Part shown: positions 1 through 10,679 of the stretch, piece by piece
Layout of the letters: each line of letters starts with the position of its first letter
Position numbering within the stretch: the stretch's first letter is position 1
Assembly: GCA_045105695.1 (NCBI GenBank)
Contig: JBGCDT010000055.1
Span: forward strand, 16,538-80,537
Direction of reading: 5' to 3'
DNA from: Saprospiraceae bacterium
GTDB lineage: Bacteria; Bacteroidota; Bacteroidia; Chitinophagales; Saprospiraceae
DNA length: 64,000 nt
The notes under the pieces: generated by a model
Seen by the model: the letters and a program-made list of their open reading frames with translations, nothing else
What the model was told of the DNA's origin: nothing
Database searches by the model: none
Made by a program: the position numbers and the translations under genes

Positions 1-2194
1 GAGAATACACGATGGCTAGTTTACCCGCTTGTGTCAGCCGTTCTTTACTACCACTAACCAGTGCTTTGTCGATTCTTTTCTTAATGATTTCATATCTGAT
101 ATTGTACGCTCCTTCCACATCAAAGCGTTTTTCTTCCTTACGGAAACGTATTGTTATGGGATTGGAATGAATCAGTACTAAGGAAGCCACCCGTAATGGA
201 ACAGGGAGTTCATCCTTGAGTCGATAGGCGACATTCTCTGATTCACAAATCACCATCAGTTGCCAGATGCGCAAATTCTGTAAATAAAGTTTATGGAATT
301 TTTTATTCTTTACCAATGACTGGCCAATGTACATATTGTGCTCTACGCCATCGGTTTGATATTTTTCAAAATAGTGGGGAAACATATTTTGGGCAGCCTG
401 CTGAGCAGATTCTACATAAGCGGCAATGTTGTCATTAATGGCGGCAACACTTTCTTCATAATCTTTTCGCTTCTTGTAGATAACCTCTAGTTCCATATCG
501 AGTAGCTGACTATAGCTTTCAACGGCCTTTGCTAATTCCTTATTTGTTGCTTTAATGTATTTGAAAGTCGGATAGATTTCACGTTGCAAAAACTCTAATA
601 CTTTTATTTCATCGCCAGCACTCAGTCCTTTTTTTACTCTTGAAATATAGTTATCAATTCTAAACGCCATCTTTTTATAAATAGGAAGAGGCTCCAATTC
701 AATAGCGTCTTTCAGTACTTTATTTGCAGCAATGAGTTGCTCAATCATATCTGCTTGAATAGCAATATTTCTTTCTGTCGAAGAACTTTTAATATCAGAT
801 TGACCGTACAGAGGATAAATTTCGGAAAAAATAATTTCCTCCATTTCACTAGTACCCGATAACCGTTGATTCTCCACTAGGTTAGCAGCCGCTTCTAAGA
901 ATCGCCAGGAAACAGATGGATGGATAGCGGTACATTTTTCTTGAATTATAGCTTCTAACTTTATATCATATTCATCCTGTGACCGCTTCAGTGCCGTTGC
1001 GAAAAGAGGAGTGATGGATTCTAACATTTTAGCAGTAGCGCTTGTAATGGCTCCTGCTGTTTCAGAACCGATTTCTAAAACGCCAATAATACTTCCCTCT
1101 TCTAACAAGGGTATTGCAGCATAACTATGCAACCCTTGCTTAACTACCTTTTTTGCTAGGCGACTGTGTTCTCGCCACATTTCATTGATAACCGAAAGCG
1201 CGAAGGGCTTCTTGTCTTCCAGCACTTGATGACCAGATACATCACAAAAAGCTTTTTCAGCAGATTTCATTTTATAACCAGTTAGAGAGATACTGTTCCA
1301 ATAACCTTTGCCCATAGGTTTGAGTATTTTTTGATTTTCATCATAAGAGGCAACCCCTATTTTTACGTTGGGAATATTTAGCAAAGAAGATATATTTATA
1401 CGTATCTTTTCTATAATATCTTCCGACAATAAGGCATCTCTACTCAACAGGTTATACTTCATAGAGGAAACAGCTTCTTCCATTGTTACATCAAACAATT
1501 TCAGAATGGCAAAGCCTTCAAAGCGATGACTGTTTGGAGGCATTTTTTCTTTCCACAAGTCTACATTGTCAAAGTTGTCCACCAGCTCTTGAATCTCTTT
1601 TTTAGTCAGAGGTATAAAATTTTCGTTTGCTATAAAGTTAGAAAAGTCAGCATTGTAGTGGGCGCGGTAATGGCGAAGCACACCCGTTTTTTCATTAGGA
1701 ATATCGAAGAAAAAAGTTTGGGTATAATTGATTTTTGCGTTGTACTTAAAATTCAAAATAAAAACACAACCATAGATATAAGTCATATCCGGATCCTCCA
1801 CTCGCATCTGAATATTCTCAGGACCACCTGCATCCTGAATGATTCGTTCGAAGCGTTCTGTCATGTTAAACCAAACGGGAACGAAAGGCAAACCCACCGT
1901 TTTGATTTCGTTGTTAGTTGTAATGCTAGGAAAGAGAGGGTAGAACATTTTCTTTAAGATGACCTCGTTATCTTCTAAAATCGCTGGATCGGAAAAACCA
2001 GTTTTTAAAATTGGAACCTCGTTTATTTTTTCCAGGCAAGGTTTCGCAATGTCCGCTAGCTCTGACCCCTCTTTTTTATTTGCAAGACTCTCCCAAAATT
2101 CTACCATCTGAGAAAAGTTAAACTTTGCAGTAAAAGGCATTTCCATTTCCGTTTTGGAAATATGTGTTTCAGAAAACTTTAGGAGATAAGACAT
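1..2194 (-). CDS. GAF domain-containing sensory protein; C-terminal end lies beyond the left window edge
   Basis: Absent from the ORF track because it runs off the edge. Hand translation from the ATG (complement of 2192-2194: MSYLLKFSETHISKTEMEMPFTAKFNFSQMVEFWESL...) stays open to position 1; I checked the frame at four places. The central segment (...LHSYAAIPLLEEGSIIGVLEIGSETAGAITS...) looks GAF-like. The + strand ORF 1526-1957 is antisense noise. Confidence 0.7.
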   Translation of the reverse strand, partial: MSYLLKFSETHISKTEMEMPFTAKFNFSQMVEFWESLANKKEGSELADIAKPCLEKINEVPILKTGFSDPAILEDNEVILKKMFYPLFPSITTNNEIKTVGLPFVPVWFNMTERFERIIQDAGGPENIQMRVEDPDMTYIYGCVFILNFKYNAKINYTQTFFFDIPNEKTGVLRHYRAHYNADFSNFIANENFIPLTKKEIQELVDNFDNVDLWKEKMPPNSHRFEGFAILKLFDVTMEEAVSSMKYNLLSRDALLSEDIIEKIRINISSLLNIPNVKIGVASYDENQKILKPMGKGYWNSISLTGYKMKSAEKAFCDVSGHQVLEDKKPFALSVINEMWREHSRLAKKVVKQGLHSYAAIPLLEEGSIIGVLEIGSETAGAITSATAKMLESITPLFATALKRSQDEYDIKLEAIIQEKCTAIHPSVSWRFLEAAANLVENQRLSGTSEMEEIIFSEIYPLYGQSDIKSSSTERNIAIQADMIEQLIAANKVLKDAIELEPLPIYKKMAFRIDNYISRVKKGLSAGDEIKVLEFLQREIYPTFKYIKATNKELAKAVESYSQLLDMELEVIYKKRKDYEESVAAINDNIAAYVESAQQAAQNMFPHYFEKYQTDGVEHNMYIGQSLVKNKKFHKLYLQNLRIWQLMVICESENVAYRLKDELPVPLRVASLVLIHSNPITIRFRKEEKRFDVEGAYNIRYEIIKKRIDKALVSGSKERLTQAGKLAIVYS

Positions 2195-2365
2195 AGGAAT
2201 TTTATTTTCTAATCATTAGAGAACACATCAAACAACAAGGGCTCGATAAGGTTGCTCGCTTTCTACGAAGATACCAAAACGTTAGATGAAATCAGATTCT
2301 TAATTATTTTGGACATATACTTACTATATTGTTGCAAAATATTCGACGAACCAACAAATCATACT

Positions 2366-4150
2366 ATGCAACTCAGTACTTTAGACTGGACGCTGATCGC
2401 CCTCTTCTTTGTCGTGTCCTTAGGCATCGGTATCTACGCCTCCCGCCGCTCTGGTAAAAACGCTTCTGAATTTTTTCTTTCTGGTAGAAACATGCCTTGG
2501 TGGCTTTTGGGTATTTCTATGGTGGCTACGACCTTCTCAGCAGATACCCCAAACCTCGTTACGGACATCGTACGGAAAGATGGCGTAGCGGGCAACTGGG
2601 CCTGGTGGGCTTTTCTATTGACTGGGATGTTAACTGTTTTTGTATATGCGAGATTGTGGAGAAGGTCAGGGGTATTGACAGATTTAGAGTTTTATGAGTT
2701 GCGGTATAGTGGAGCGCCGGCGGCCTTTCTGAGGGGGTTCAGAGCGATCTACTTAGGGGTCTTTTTTAATATACTGGTGATGGCAACCGTTTGTCTGGCT
2801 GCTATAAAAATAGGTTCTGTCTTATTGGGACTTAGTCCTGTACAAACCTTGCTGATTGCTTCTGTCGTAACCGTGGCTTATTCAACCTTAGGAGGCTTGC
2901 GTGGAATTATATTGACAGATTTCTTTCAGTTTATTTTAGCAATGATCGGAACCGTACTGGCCGCTTATTACATTATCAACTTGCCAGAAGTGGGTGGTTT
3001 AGAAAGCTTGCTGACGCATGAAAATGTAAGAGATAATTTGAACCTCATTCCAGATATGGAAAAAGACCGAGACTTGTTTTTCTCTCTATTGATCATTCCA
3101 CTAGCAGTACAATGGTGGGCCTCCTACTACCCAGGAGCAGAACCAGGTGGCGGTGGCTACATCGCCCAAAGAATGTTAGCGGCAAAGGATGAAAAGAACG
3201 CCATCTTCGCAACACTCTTTTTCAACATTGCACATTATGCATTACGACCTTGGCCTTGGATTTTAATTGCTTTGGCTTCTATGATTGTCTTTCCAGATTT
3301 GGCAAGTATCCAAGCTGCGTTTCCAGATGTAGATGCTTCAGTGGTAAATGACGACTTGGCCTATCCGGCTATGATTAGCTTTTTGCCGAAAGGTTTGCTG
3401 GGCTTAGTGATTGCTTCTCTTATTGCCGCTTTCATGTCTACTATTTCTACGCACCTCAATTGGGGAGCCTCTTACCTAACCAATGATGTTTACAAAAGAT
3501 TCATTGAACCAGGGGCTTCTGAAAAACAATTGGTAAACGTCGGAAGAATCTCTACAGTACTGCTGATGATTGTTTCTGGAGTTGTCGCTTTGTTTATGAC
3601 AAATGCAAAGCAGGTTTTTGACATTATCGTTTTGGTGGGTGCTGGTACTGGGTTGATATTTATCCTTCGATGGTTCTGGTGGCGTATTAATGCTTATAGC
3701 GAAATAGCGGCTATGATTATCTCTGTTTTGGTAGCAGTTTATTTTAAAGCTGTACATACAAAATTAGGATTTGCTCCGCTGGAAAGTCATGAAGAATTAA
3801 TTGGAGGAGTGGTGATCACAACGATAGGTTGGTTTCTTGTAACAATGCTCACACGTCCAACAGACAACGCCACATTAATTTCCTTTTACAAAAAAATACG
3901 CCCTTCAAAAGCAGGATGGATGCCCGTCATAGATTTAGCCAGGGCAGATATCAATATTTCTATACAAGCAGAAGAGGGTAAATTGCCTTTGCAAATCCTC
4001 AGCATGTTCGTCGGGTCGATAATGGTTTATGCGGCGTTGTTCTGCGTAGGATTTTGGTTGTACGGAAGAACGGGGGATGCTTTGCTGGCAACAGGAATCT
4101 CTGTGGTTTGTGCAATTAGCTTGATGGCTTTGTGGAAGAAGATTAGGTAA
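2366..4150 (+). CDS. sodium:solute symporter (SSS) family transporter
   Basis: ORF 2252-4150 is a multi-TM protein with SSS-like segments (SGRNMPWWLLGISMVATTFSADTPN, GGLRGIILTDFFQF, GGGGYIAQRMLAAKDEKNA). The 2252 start is a TTG with a 38-aa non-membrane extension. The ATG at 2366 (MQLSTLDWTLIALFFVV) is the likelier start. Confidence 0.85.
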   Translation: MQLSTLDWTLIALFFVVSLGIGIYASRRSGKNASEFFLSGRNMPWWLLGISMVATTFSADTPNLVTDIVRKDGVAGNWAWWAFLLTGMLTVFVYARLWRRSGVLTDLEFYELRYSGAPAAFLRGFRAIYLGVFFNILVMATVCLAAIKIGSVLLGLSPVQTLLIASVVTVAYSTLGGLRGIILTDFFQFILAMIGTVLAAYYIINLPEVGGLESLLTHENVRDNLNLIPDMEKDRDLFFSLLIIPLAVQWWASYYPGAEPGGGGYIAQRMLAAKDEKNAIFATLFFNIAHYALRPWPWILIALASMIVFPDLASIQAAFPDVDASVVNDDLAYPAMISFLPKGLLGLVIASLIAAFMSTISTHLNWGASYLTNDVYKRFIEPGASEKQLVNVGRISTVLLMIVSGVVALFMTNAKQVFDIIVLVGAGTGLIFILRWFWWRINAYSEIAAMIISVLVAVYFKAVHTKLGFAPLESHEELIGGVVITTIGWFLVTMLTRPTDNATLISFYKKIRPSKAGWMPVIDLARADINISIQAEEGKLPLQILSMFVGSIMVYAALFCVGFWLYGRTGDALLATGISVVCAISLMALWKKIR

Positions 4151-4152
4151 AC

Positions 4153-4815
4153 TTAAACCAAAAGTTGGAAAGCAATAAACTGAGTAGCCAGCCCAATTAT
4201 AAACCCGCTATACAAATCCTGTAAGCTATGCGCACCCAGTATAAGTCGCGAAGTACAAACAACACCCGTAAGCAAAATCACAAGCATAAGCAGAGCGCTC
4301 ATACTGATTTCTAAAGCAGAGGCAGGGCCGATATTGATGGTGAAAGTTTCGTAGCTAAAGAGCAGCATTGTTAGAATGGTCATGCCCAGAAGGCCACCCA
4401 TCCCTAGGGCATGCATACTTATTTTTGTAAAGAGATTGAAAAAGAAAGCCATAAATAAGCCCAGTGTTGCGCCAAGCAAAAAGATCTTGAAGGCTCCGGG
4501 TATCTCCGGGTTATTCAACAAATTCTGAAAGAGCCACATGTAAAGAATCCCTGTAATAATATAAGGACCGATACGCTCTGATTTACTTTTCATCTCGAAA
4601 GATTCAATCATATCCAATGCTTTCATCATACCAACGGCAAAGGCAGGAATCACAAATGAAGAAAGAAAAATGCGTAGTACAAATTTAATACTTCCTCCCA
4701 CCTGAATACCTGCAAAGAGATACGGGTTGACCACCAGCAGCAATACCAACATATAAGTCAGCATCAACAATGGATGGAAAACGATAGAAAAGAAATAGGC
4801 GATGATACGCAGCAT
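4153..4815 (-). CDS. PAP2-superfamily (acid phosphatase-like) integral membrane protein
   Basis: 220 aa with six hydrophobic helices. The C-terminal SRLILGAHSLQD matches the PAP2 motif SRxxxxxHxxxD, and SMHA sits at the S-x-H position. The first PAP2 motif is degenerate. Confidence 0.55.
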   Translation of the reverse strand: MLRIIAYFFSIVFHPLLMLTYMLVLLLVVNPYLFAGIQVGGSIKFVLRIFLSSFVIPAFAVGMMKALDMIESFEMKSKSERIGPYIITGILYMWLFQNLLNNPEIPGAFKIFLLGATLGLFMAFFFNLFTKISMHALGMGGLLGMTILTMLLFSYETFTINIGPASALEISMSALLMLVILLTGVVCTSRLILGAHSLQDLYSGFIIGLATQFIAFQLLV

Positions 4816-4911
4816 CAGTAAAATTTTGTTCGGCGAAGTTAATCATTTAAGCTTTACTAAAAGCATGATTTTACTTTGCAATTTTATTGAAGCCTATTGT
4901 GAGGAAATAGA

Positions 4912-6576
4912 TTATTTAATTTTTTCCTTTGAGGAAAGTTTTGGTTCGTGTACACTGATGATTTCCACTTCGACCCTACGATTATAGCTACGTAATTTGT
5001 CGGTCGAATTATCAGTCAATGGCTCTGAAGCTCCCATTCCTACTGTTTCGATTCTGAGCGGATTGATAAAACGTTTTTGTACTAAATAACTTTTAACGGC
5101 TTGCGCACGCTCCTCGGAAAGTTTGGCAAGAGCTGCTTCTTCTCCTTGATTATCGGTATGGCCTTTTATCTTTATAGTAATAAAATAGTTCTCTTTAAGA
5201 TACTCCGCTAGTTTATCTAAAGCGGGGAAAGATTTGGAGAGAATGTTGGCTGTGGATTGCGCAAAAAATACAGGATCTAAATCTATTTTAGAACCCGGTT
5301 TTACGGGATTCATAGAAATGACTAATTCCTTTTCTTTGAAATAGAAGTAATCACTTCTGTAAAAAAGTGTATCTGCTTCAGTGGTAAAACCTGGTTTTTC
5401 TGCCACAATGCTAAAGCGAATACCTCTTGGAACAACTAGTGTAAAATATCCATCATCAGAAATATAAATATTACTATAGGTACTGTTCTCTACCATGTTA
5501 GAAATGATACGGGCAGAAATTCTTTTTCCTGTTTCGTTGTTGACTACTTTTCCTTTGATGGTTACCCCTACTGGAACTGGAGGAGCAATTCGTACTCTGA
5601 AAATATCACTCGAACCATCTCTATTGGAAGTGAAGTACATGAAGCCCGTTGCGGAATTAAAAAAAGGTTGGCTGTCATGTGCTGCTGAATTGACTGGTTC
5701 TTTGAAGCGACGAGGAGCGGACCATTCGTCCCAACCTTCGCCTTCGCGCACCAACATGTAAATATCGGAGTTGCCATTTCTATTAGAAGAGAAAAATAGA
5801 CGTTGTTGATCTTCAGAAATAAATGGAGTGGTTTCTTTCATAGCGCTGTTTACTCTTGAACCCATGTTCTTCGGTTCACTCCAACTGTTGGTCCCCGTAC
5901 GAAATGAAATATACAAATCGCTTTGGCCCCTAGAGTCAGAACGTTCCATAGCCATAAGTAAAACACTTCCATCATGACTCATATTCATGCTAACATCAGT
6001 TCCTGAATTATGGTAATTGTCAATGCCAACAGGTTCTGGGAAAGACCATTCATCGCCATCGCGTCGTACAATGGAAAACCCTTTTTGCATTCCGCCTTTT
6101 GCTTCAAACTGATTGAGGACAACCACTTCATTTGCAGAGGGCGTCAAAGAGCTGACACTATTCGGAAGTGCATTGTTAAGCGGATAGCCTGGGTGATTTA
6201 TAGTAGTAAAATTTCCATCCTCTCCGAGTGCCTGCCACACATCTTGATTGAAACCAGAGCTAACAGGATTGCTCACTCCTCTTCGCCCGAGTCGGGTGTA
6301 AATCTGAGCTAGGTAATTCATGAATTCCGTAGAACTCATTTCTTCTGAAAGGTTCTCCCCTTCTTCCACGAGCGTCTTATCAAAATCAGGATGACCTACT
6401 CGGGTGAAATACATAGAGTGCCCATCGAAGGCACAGACCGGAGCAATTTCATCATAATCGGGCGTGTTGATAAGTGCAGGTAATTTCTCTATTTCATAAT
6501 CCTGATATTGTGCAAGGAGCGGGGCGGTCACATTGCAAATGACCAATAACAGAAATATCTTTCGCATCTGATTCAT
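4912..6576 (-). CDS. OmpA-family outer-membrane/peptidoglycan-associated protein with TolB-like beta-propeller repeats
   Basis: Signal peptide (MNQMRKIFLLLVICNVTAPLLAQ), PD40/TolB-like repeats (SDIYMLVREGEGW, SSDIFRVR), a CarboxypepD_reg-like segment (VTIKGKVVNNETGKRI), and a C-terminal OmpA domain (IKGHTDNQGEEAALAKLSEERAQAVKSYL...NRRVEVEII). Confidence 0.85.
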   Translation of the reverse strand: MNQMRKIFLLLVICNVTAPLLAQYQDYEIEKLPALINTPDYDEIAPVCAFDGHSMYFTRVGHPDFDKTLVEEGENLSEEMSSTEFMNYLAQIYTRLGRRGVSNPVSSGFNQDVWQALGEDGNFTTINHPGYPLNNALPNSVSSLTPSANEVVVLNQFEAKGGMQKGFSIVRRDGDEWSFPEPVGIDNYHNSGTDVSMNMSHDGSVLLMAMERSDSRGQSDLYISFRTGTNSWSEPKNMGSRVNSAMKETTPFISEDQQRLFFSSNRNGNSDIYMLVREGEGWDEWSAPRRFKEPVNSAAHDSQPFFNSATGFMYFTSNRDGSSDIFRVRIAPPVPVGVTIKGKVVNNETGKRISARIISNMVENSTYSNIYISDDGYFTLVVPRGIRFSIVAEKPGFTTEADTLFYRSDYFYFKEKELVISMNPVKPGSKIDLDPVFFAQSTANILSKSFPALDKLAEYLKENYFITIKIKGHTDNQGEEAALAKLSEERAQAVKSYLVQKRFINPLRIETVGMGASEPLTDNSTDKLRSYNRRVEVEIISVHEPKLSSKEKIK

Positions 6577-6962
6577 AGTTTACTACTAACTTATTTTGAT
6601 AAATGTTAGGATAGGCGATTGCATTGGGAATGAACATAAAAGTACATTGCTCGAAAGCTGCAAAGTTGCAGTAAAAGGATTAAGTTTTCAAATTTAGAGA
6701 TAAGCATTATACCGATTTAATCTGCTAGTAGAGCAACAGCTAATAAACAGAGATATTCAGAAACTTAGTATTCAGAAAATTGCTAATAATGTTTAAAATC
6801 CTACAAAGGTGAAAGATGGCTTTTTAACATTAACTTTTAACTTTCTTCGGACGCAGTGCTTACGAATTAGAGCACCATTCAAATACTTAAAAGTCCATTA
6901 TTCATATATTAAAATTACACGACTAAGTGAAGTTGAAAGTTAAAAGGCAACAGATAAAAATC

Positions 6963-8585
6963 TCAAGAAAACACCTCAACAAACTCAAACTTGCCTCCAT
7001 CAAATAATCCCTTATCACTCAACTTCAAATTTGGAATAACCAGCAGCGCCATAAAAGACAGAGTCATGAACGGCGCGCGTAGTGTACAACCCATTTCTAT
7101 TTTAGCGAAAGCATCAATAGCAGCGTACTTCTTCGCCACTTTGTAGCCATCGAGGTTGGTCATGATGCCAGCGATAGGAAGAGGCAGTACCTTTTGTTTA
7201 TCCGTCGTGACAGCAGAAATTCCACCTTTATTTTCAATAATTAAATTGACTGCCTTGCAAATAAGTTCGTCACTTGTTCCTACAGCAATGATATTGTGAG
7301 AATCGTGACCGACACAAGATGCAATAGCTCCCTCTTTCAAATTAAAACCATTGATGAAGGCCAGGGCAGGTGCTTCGTCCTGATAGCGATTGACAACCGT
7401 TAGTTTCAAAACGTCTTTTTCAACATTTGAAATTGTGTTTTCTTCTTCGATTTTAGCAGCGGTAGAAAAGGATTCTGTTATGAGTTCTCCATCAATAGCT
7501 TTGATCACTTTGATGGTTTTTCCTTTTGGAGCTAAAGCAAAGTCGGAGGTCGATTTCTTAGCAGTTCGGAAATTATTGATGACCATAGAAGAGACAGGCT
7601 CAATAAGTGAGGTTCCTTTTTTTGCAACCAGTTGACCGTCGATGTAAGTAGCTTTTACTTCAAAAGTAGTCAGGTTGTCTACGATGATGAAATCCGCCGG
7701 ATCACCCTCCTTCAGCAAACCAACATCTAAGTTGTAATGCGTTACAGGGTTCAAACAAGCAGCTTGCAATACGTCAAATAACTCGCAACCTTTTTGCCTG
7801 GCTCTTGCAGCCAATTGATTGATGTGGCCCAAGATCAAATCATCTGGATGCTTGTCATCAGAGCAGAACATCATACGCTCTGGATACTTAGGTAACAAGT
7901 CAATCAGTGCGTCAAAGTTTTTAGCAGCACTGCCTTCACGTATGATGATGTGCATGCCGCAGTTTAATTTGTCTAGGGCCTCTTCGTAAGTGAAACATTC
8001 GTGATCGGTCGTGATTCCTTCGGAAGCATATTGCTTGGCTTGTTCACCACGAAGACCTGGAGCATGGCCATCAATAGGCTTTCCTACTGCTTTTGCAGCA
8101 GCTAACTTTGCCATCACGTCAGGATCTTTGAAAAGTACACCTGGATAATTCATCATCTCTGTGAGGTACTTTATCTCAGGTCTACCTAACAATGCTTTTA
8201 CATCTTCGACAGTAACAGTTGCACCTGCCGTTTCAAAGGTTGTAGCAGGTACACAGGAAGGTGCTCCAAAATTGAATTTGAAGGGAACCTCTAAACCATT
8301 GTTTATCATAAAGTTTACGCCATCCACACCTAATACATTAGCAATTTCATGTGGATCAGAAACAGTAGCAACAGTCCCATGAACAACGGCCAACCTAGCA
8401 AACTCAGAAGGGATCAACATCGAGCTCTCTATATGGACATGCGCGTCCACAAAACCAGGCATGATATAATTCAAACTCTGGCCTTCTTCTTTTGTGATTT
8501 TAGTAATAATACCACCTTCCACCTCGACGGCGCCAAAGAAGATAGATCGGTTTTCTATGTCTACAATATTTCCTTTTAATTTCAT
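6963..8585 (-). CDS. ade: adenine deaminase
   Basis: 540 aa with the amidohydrolase metal motif [15 protein letters not shown]. Length and overall pattern are typical of Ade (MNYPGV, DGHAPG, TDHE). Confidence 0.9.
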   Translation of the reverse strand: MKLKGNIVDIENRSIFFGAVEVEGGIITKITKEEGQSLNYIMPGFVDAHVHIESSMLIPSEFARLAVVHGTVATVSDPHEIANVLGVDGVNFMINNGLEVPFKFNFGAPSCVPATTFETAGATVTVEDVKALLGRPEIKYLTEMMNYPGVLFKDPDVMAKLAAAKAVGKPIDGHAPGLRGEQAKQYASEGITTDHECFTYEEALDKLNCGMHIIIREGSAAKNFDALIDLLPKYPERMMFCSDDKHPDDLILGHINQLAARARQKGCELFDVLQAACLNPVTHYNLDVGLLKEGDPADFIIVDNLTTFEVKATYIDGQLVAKKGTSLIEPVSSMVINNFRTAKKSTSDFALAPKGKTIKVIKAIDGELITESFSTAAKIEEENTISNVEKDVLKLTVVNRYQDEAPALAFINGFNLKEGAIASCVGHDSHNIIAVGTSDELICKAVNLIIENKGGISAVTTDKQKVLPLPIAGIMTNLDGYKVAKKYAAIDAFAKIEMGCTLRAPFMTLSFMALLVIPNLKLSDKGLFDGGKFEFVEVFS

Positions 8586-8665
8586 GTGGGAAAGATATGG
8601 TTTTTGCGGGAGCTTGTATTGCTTATCGTTACAACTTACTTATATTCGTTGCGTAAAAAATTGAT

Positions 8666-9991
8666 ATGAAAGAGCAATTACAAACAGTTCTATTTACAGT
8701 AATGGGCCGGGTGGTAGACTTGGGGCAAGTAGTTGCTGCTATAATCGTATTGTTGTTAGCTATTTCGATCTATTGGTTTTTAACTAGAAAAATATTACCT
8801 CGTTATTTTTCTAAAGAGGAAGTCAAACCTGAACGTTCTACGGAATATGCTCTTTTCTTTTTCTTCCTGTTTATGACCCTTACAGGAATGCTCTGGGCGA
8901 TGGGTTTGGACTTTACCATTTTTGAAAATGATACCATACAGATTCAGTTGCGTACTATAATAAATGCATTAGTGATCTTTCAATTTGCTCGTTTGTCAGA
9001 TTGGGTCATTTCTAAAATTCTGGTTCACAATTACGAAAAGAACAGAAAGGAAGATACACTGCTTTCCAGAACGAATGATAATGTTTTACACACAGATCGA
9101 AAGCAACTGGACCACCGATCGGTACAATATATCGTCTATCTTTTTGCAGCAGTCTTAGTTCTTCAGGGTTTTGATATAGACTATACACTTTTCAAATTCA
9201 AGTTCACACCAATTACGATTTCAAGTATATTGGTTGCCATTCTGGTGATATTATCTGCACGTCTTATTGCTTGGATATTGACCCAACTTTTGATGTTTAA
9301 TTACTATCGAAAGAATGAAGTAAACGTTGGTTCGCGCTTCGCTGTTAATCAATTATTGAAGTATATTATCTATGTCATTGCTGTCTTTATTGCCATAGAA
9401 TCATTAGGAGTGAAAACGACTGTAATCTGGGGTGGACTTGCAGCTCTTCTGGTCGGTGTGGGTTTAGGTTTGCAACAAACGTTCAATGATTTGCTCTCCG
9501 GAATATTATTGTTATTTGAACGAACAGTTGAGGTTGGACATGTGCTGCAAATAGGCGATATGGTCGGAACTGTAAAACGAATAGGTCTCCGCGCCTCTTT
9601 AGTAGAAACGACAGAGAACGTCACTGTAGTAGTTCCAAACTCCAAATTAGTTACAGACACAGTCATCAACTGGTCGCATCAGGACGACCGTGTTCGATTC
9701 ACCCTAGTCGTTGGAGTAGCTTACGGTTCAGATACAGCATTGGTGAAAAAGATATTATTACAAGTAGCAGAAGATAACGTTTATGTTTTAGGTAAACCAA
9801 AACCACTGGTTCGTTTTGTGGATTTTGGAGAATCGTCATTAGATTTTCACCTATTAATATGGTCACGTAATTTCATTGTTATAGAAGATATAAAAAGTGA
9901 TTTGCGTTTCGAGATAGATCGCCTCTTTAGAGAAAATAACGTAGTCGTCCCATTCCCACAAAGAGACATCTGGATGAAAGACCAAAAATAA
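8666..9991 (+). CDS. mechanosensitive ion channel (MscS family) protein
   Basis: N-terminal TM helices followed by an MscS core (GLQQTFNDLLSGILLLFERTVEVGHVLQIGDMVGTVKRIGLRASLVETTENVTVVVPNSKL). Confidence 0.85.
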   Translation: MKEQLQTVLFTVMGRVVDLGQVVAAIIVLLLAISIYWFLTRKILPRYFSKEEVKPERSTEYALFFFFLFMTLTGMLWAMGLDFTIFENDTIQIQLRTIINALVIFQFARLSDWVISKILVHNYEKNRKEDTLLSRTNDNVLHTDRKQLDHRSVQYIVYLFAAVLVLQGFDIDYTLFKFKFTPITISSILVAILVILSARLIAWILTQLLMFNYYRKNEVNVGSRFAVNQLLKYIIYVIAVFIAIESLGVKTTVIWGGLAALLVGVGLGLQQTFNDLLSGILLLFERTVEVGHVLQIGDMVGTVKRIGLRASLVETTENVTVVVPNSKLVTDTVINWSHQDDRVRFTLVVGVAYGSDTALVKKILLQVAEDNVYVLGKPKPLVRFVDFGESSLDFHLLIWSRNFIVIEDIKSDLRFEIDRLFRENNVVVPFPQRDIWMKDQK

Positions 9992-9995
9992 AAAC

Positions 9996-10018
9996 AGTGG
10001 CATCGCCACGGCAATATC
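9996..10018 (+). repeat. REP-like hairpin motif, family A (AGTGGCATCGCCACGGCAATATC; 5-bp stem GTGGC/GCCAC, 3-nt loop)
   Basis: Starts 5 nt after the MscS-family stop codon. Its reverse complement recurs at 15544-15566 (22/23 by eye), with two shorter copies at 15574-15619. Confidence 0.7.
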
Positions 10019-10023
10019 TATAT

Positions 10024-10041
10024 CGACATAAATTTATGTCG
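10024..10041. promoter_or_regulatory. perfect 18-nt palindrome CGACATAAATTTATGTCG upstream of the ECF sigma gene
   Basis: Seen directly: 9+9 nt perfect inverted repeat ending 16 nt before the ATG at 10057. It could be an operator, a 5'-UTR hairpin or a T-less terminator for the MscS-family gene. Confidence 0.35.
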
Positions 10042-10056
10042 TGTTATATTTACAAC

Positions 10057-10632
10057 ATGGAACAGCACAACGACGAAGGTTTATGGAGCAGTATACAAGT
10101 CGGTGACGAGGTTGCCTTCCAAACCTTGTTTGAAAAATACTACAAGTTGATTTGCTATGCTGCCTACAAAGTCTACCCCGACGAACATAAGTCCAAAGAT
10201 TTCGCGCAAGAAGTTTTTCTAATGCTTTGGCGAAAGCGTGATGTTTTGACTATACATACATCCTTACAAGCATTCCTAAGAAGAGCCGTAGTGAATAAAA
10301 CCATTGATTACATCAGAGCGCAACGACTGAATTTTGAAGACATTCCAGACGAAGGAGAAGCTGCTGCCAAATTAAGTGATGAGCTAGAAGCCAGCGAACT
10401 AAAAGGAATGATACATAGAGCGGCAGAACAATTGCCAGAGCGTTGTCGAATTGTTTTTTTTATGAGTCGTTTTGAGGAACTTTCGCACAAAGAGATTGCC
10501 GCTAAGTTGGAGATTTCTGTAAAGACCGTAGAGAACCAAATTACCAGAGCCTTAAAAGTGATGCGCCCCTTAGTACAACAATATTTTTCAGACCCTAAAA
10601 TAATGCTACTGATTATTTCTCTATTCACATAG
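10057..10632 (+). CDS. RNA polymerase ECF-type sigma-70 factor
   Basis: Region 2 (FAQEVFLMLWRKRD) and region 4 HTH (ELSHKEIAAKLEISVKTVENQITRALK). The ORF-track start at 9997 is a GTG inside the REP-like hairpin. The ATG at 10057 (MEQHNDEGLWSSIQVGD) fits the family length. Confidence 0.85.
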   Translation: MEQHNDEGLWSSIQVGDEVAFQTLFEKYYKLICYAAYKVYPDEHKSKDFAQEVFLMLWRKRDVLTIHTSLQAFLRRAVVNKTIDYIRAQRLNFEDIPDEGEAAAKLSDELEASELKGMIHRAAEQLPERCRIVFFMSRFEELSHKEIAAKLEISVKTVENQITRALKVMRPLVQQYFSDPKIMLLIISLFT

Positions 10633-10679
10633 GGGATGAATGGTTTTGAAACGACTTATATATACTTAGGTTTATAAAT

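Noticed and set aside
1526-1957. 143-aa + strand ORF from the track
   Set aside because: It lies wholly antisense to the long uninterrupted GAF-protein reading frame (1-2194, -). Its sequence is low-complexity and Phe/Ile-rich with no recognisable motif.
9997-10056. GTG-initiated 20-codon N-terminal extension of the ECF sigma ORF
   Set aside because: The GTG is the stem of the REP-like hairpin and the extension covers the 18-nt palindrome. The ATG at 10057 gives a family-typical N-terminus.
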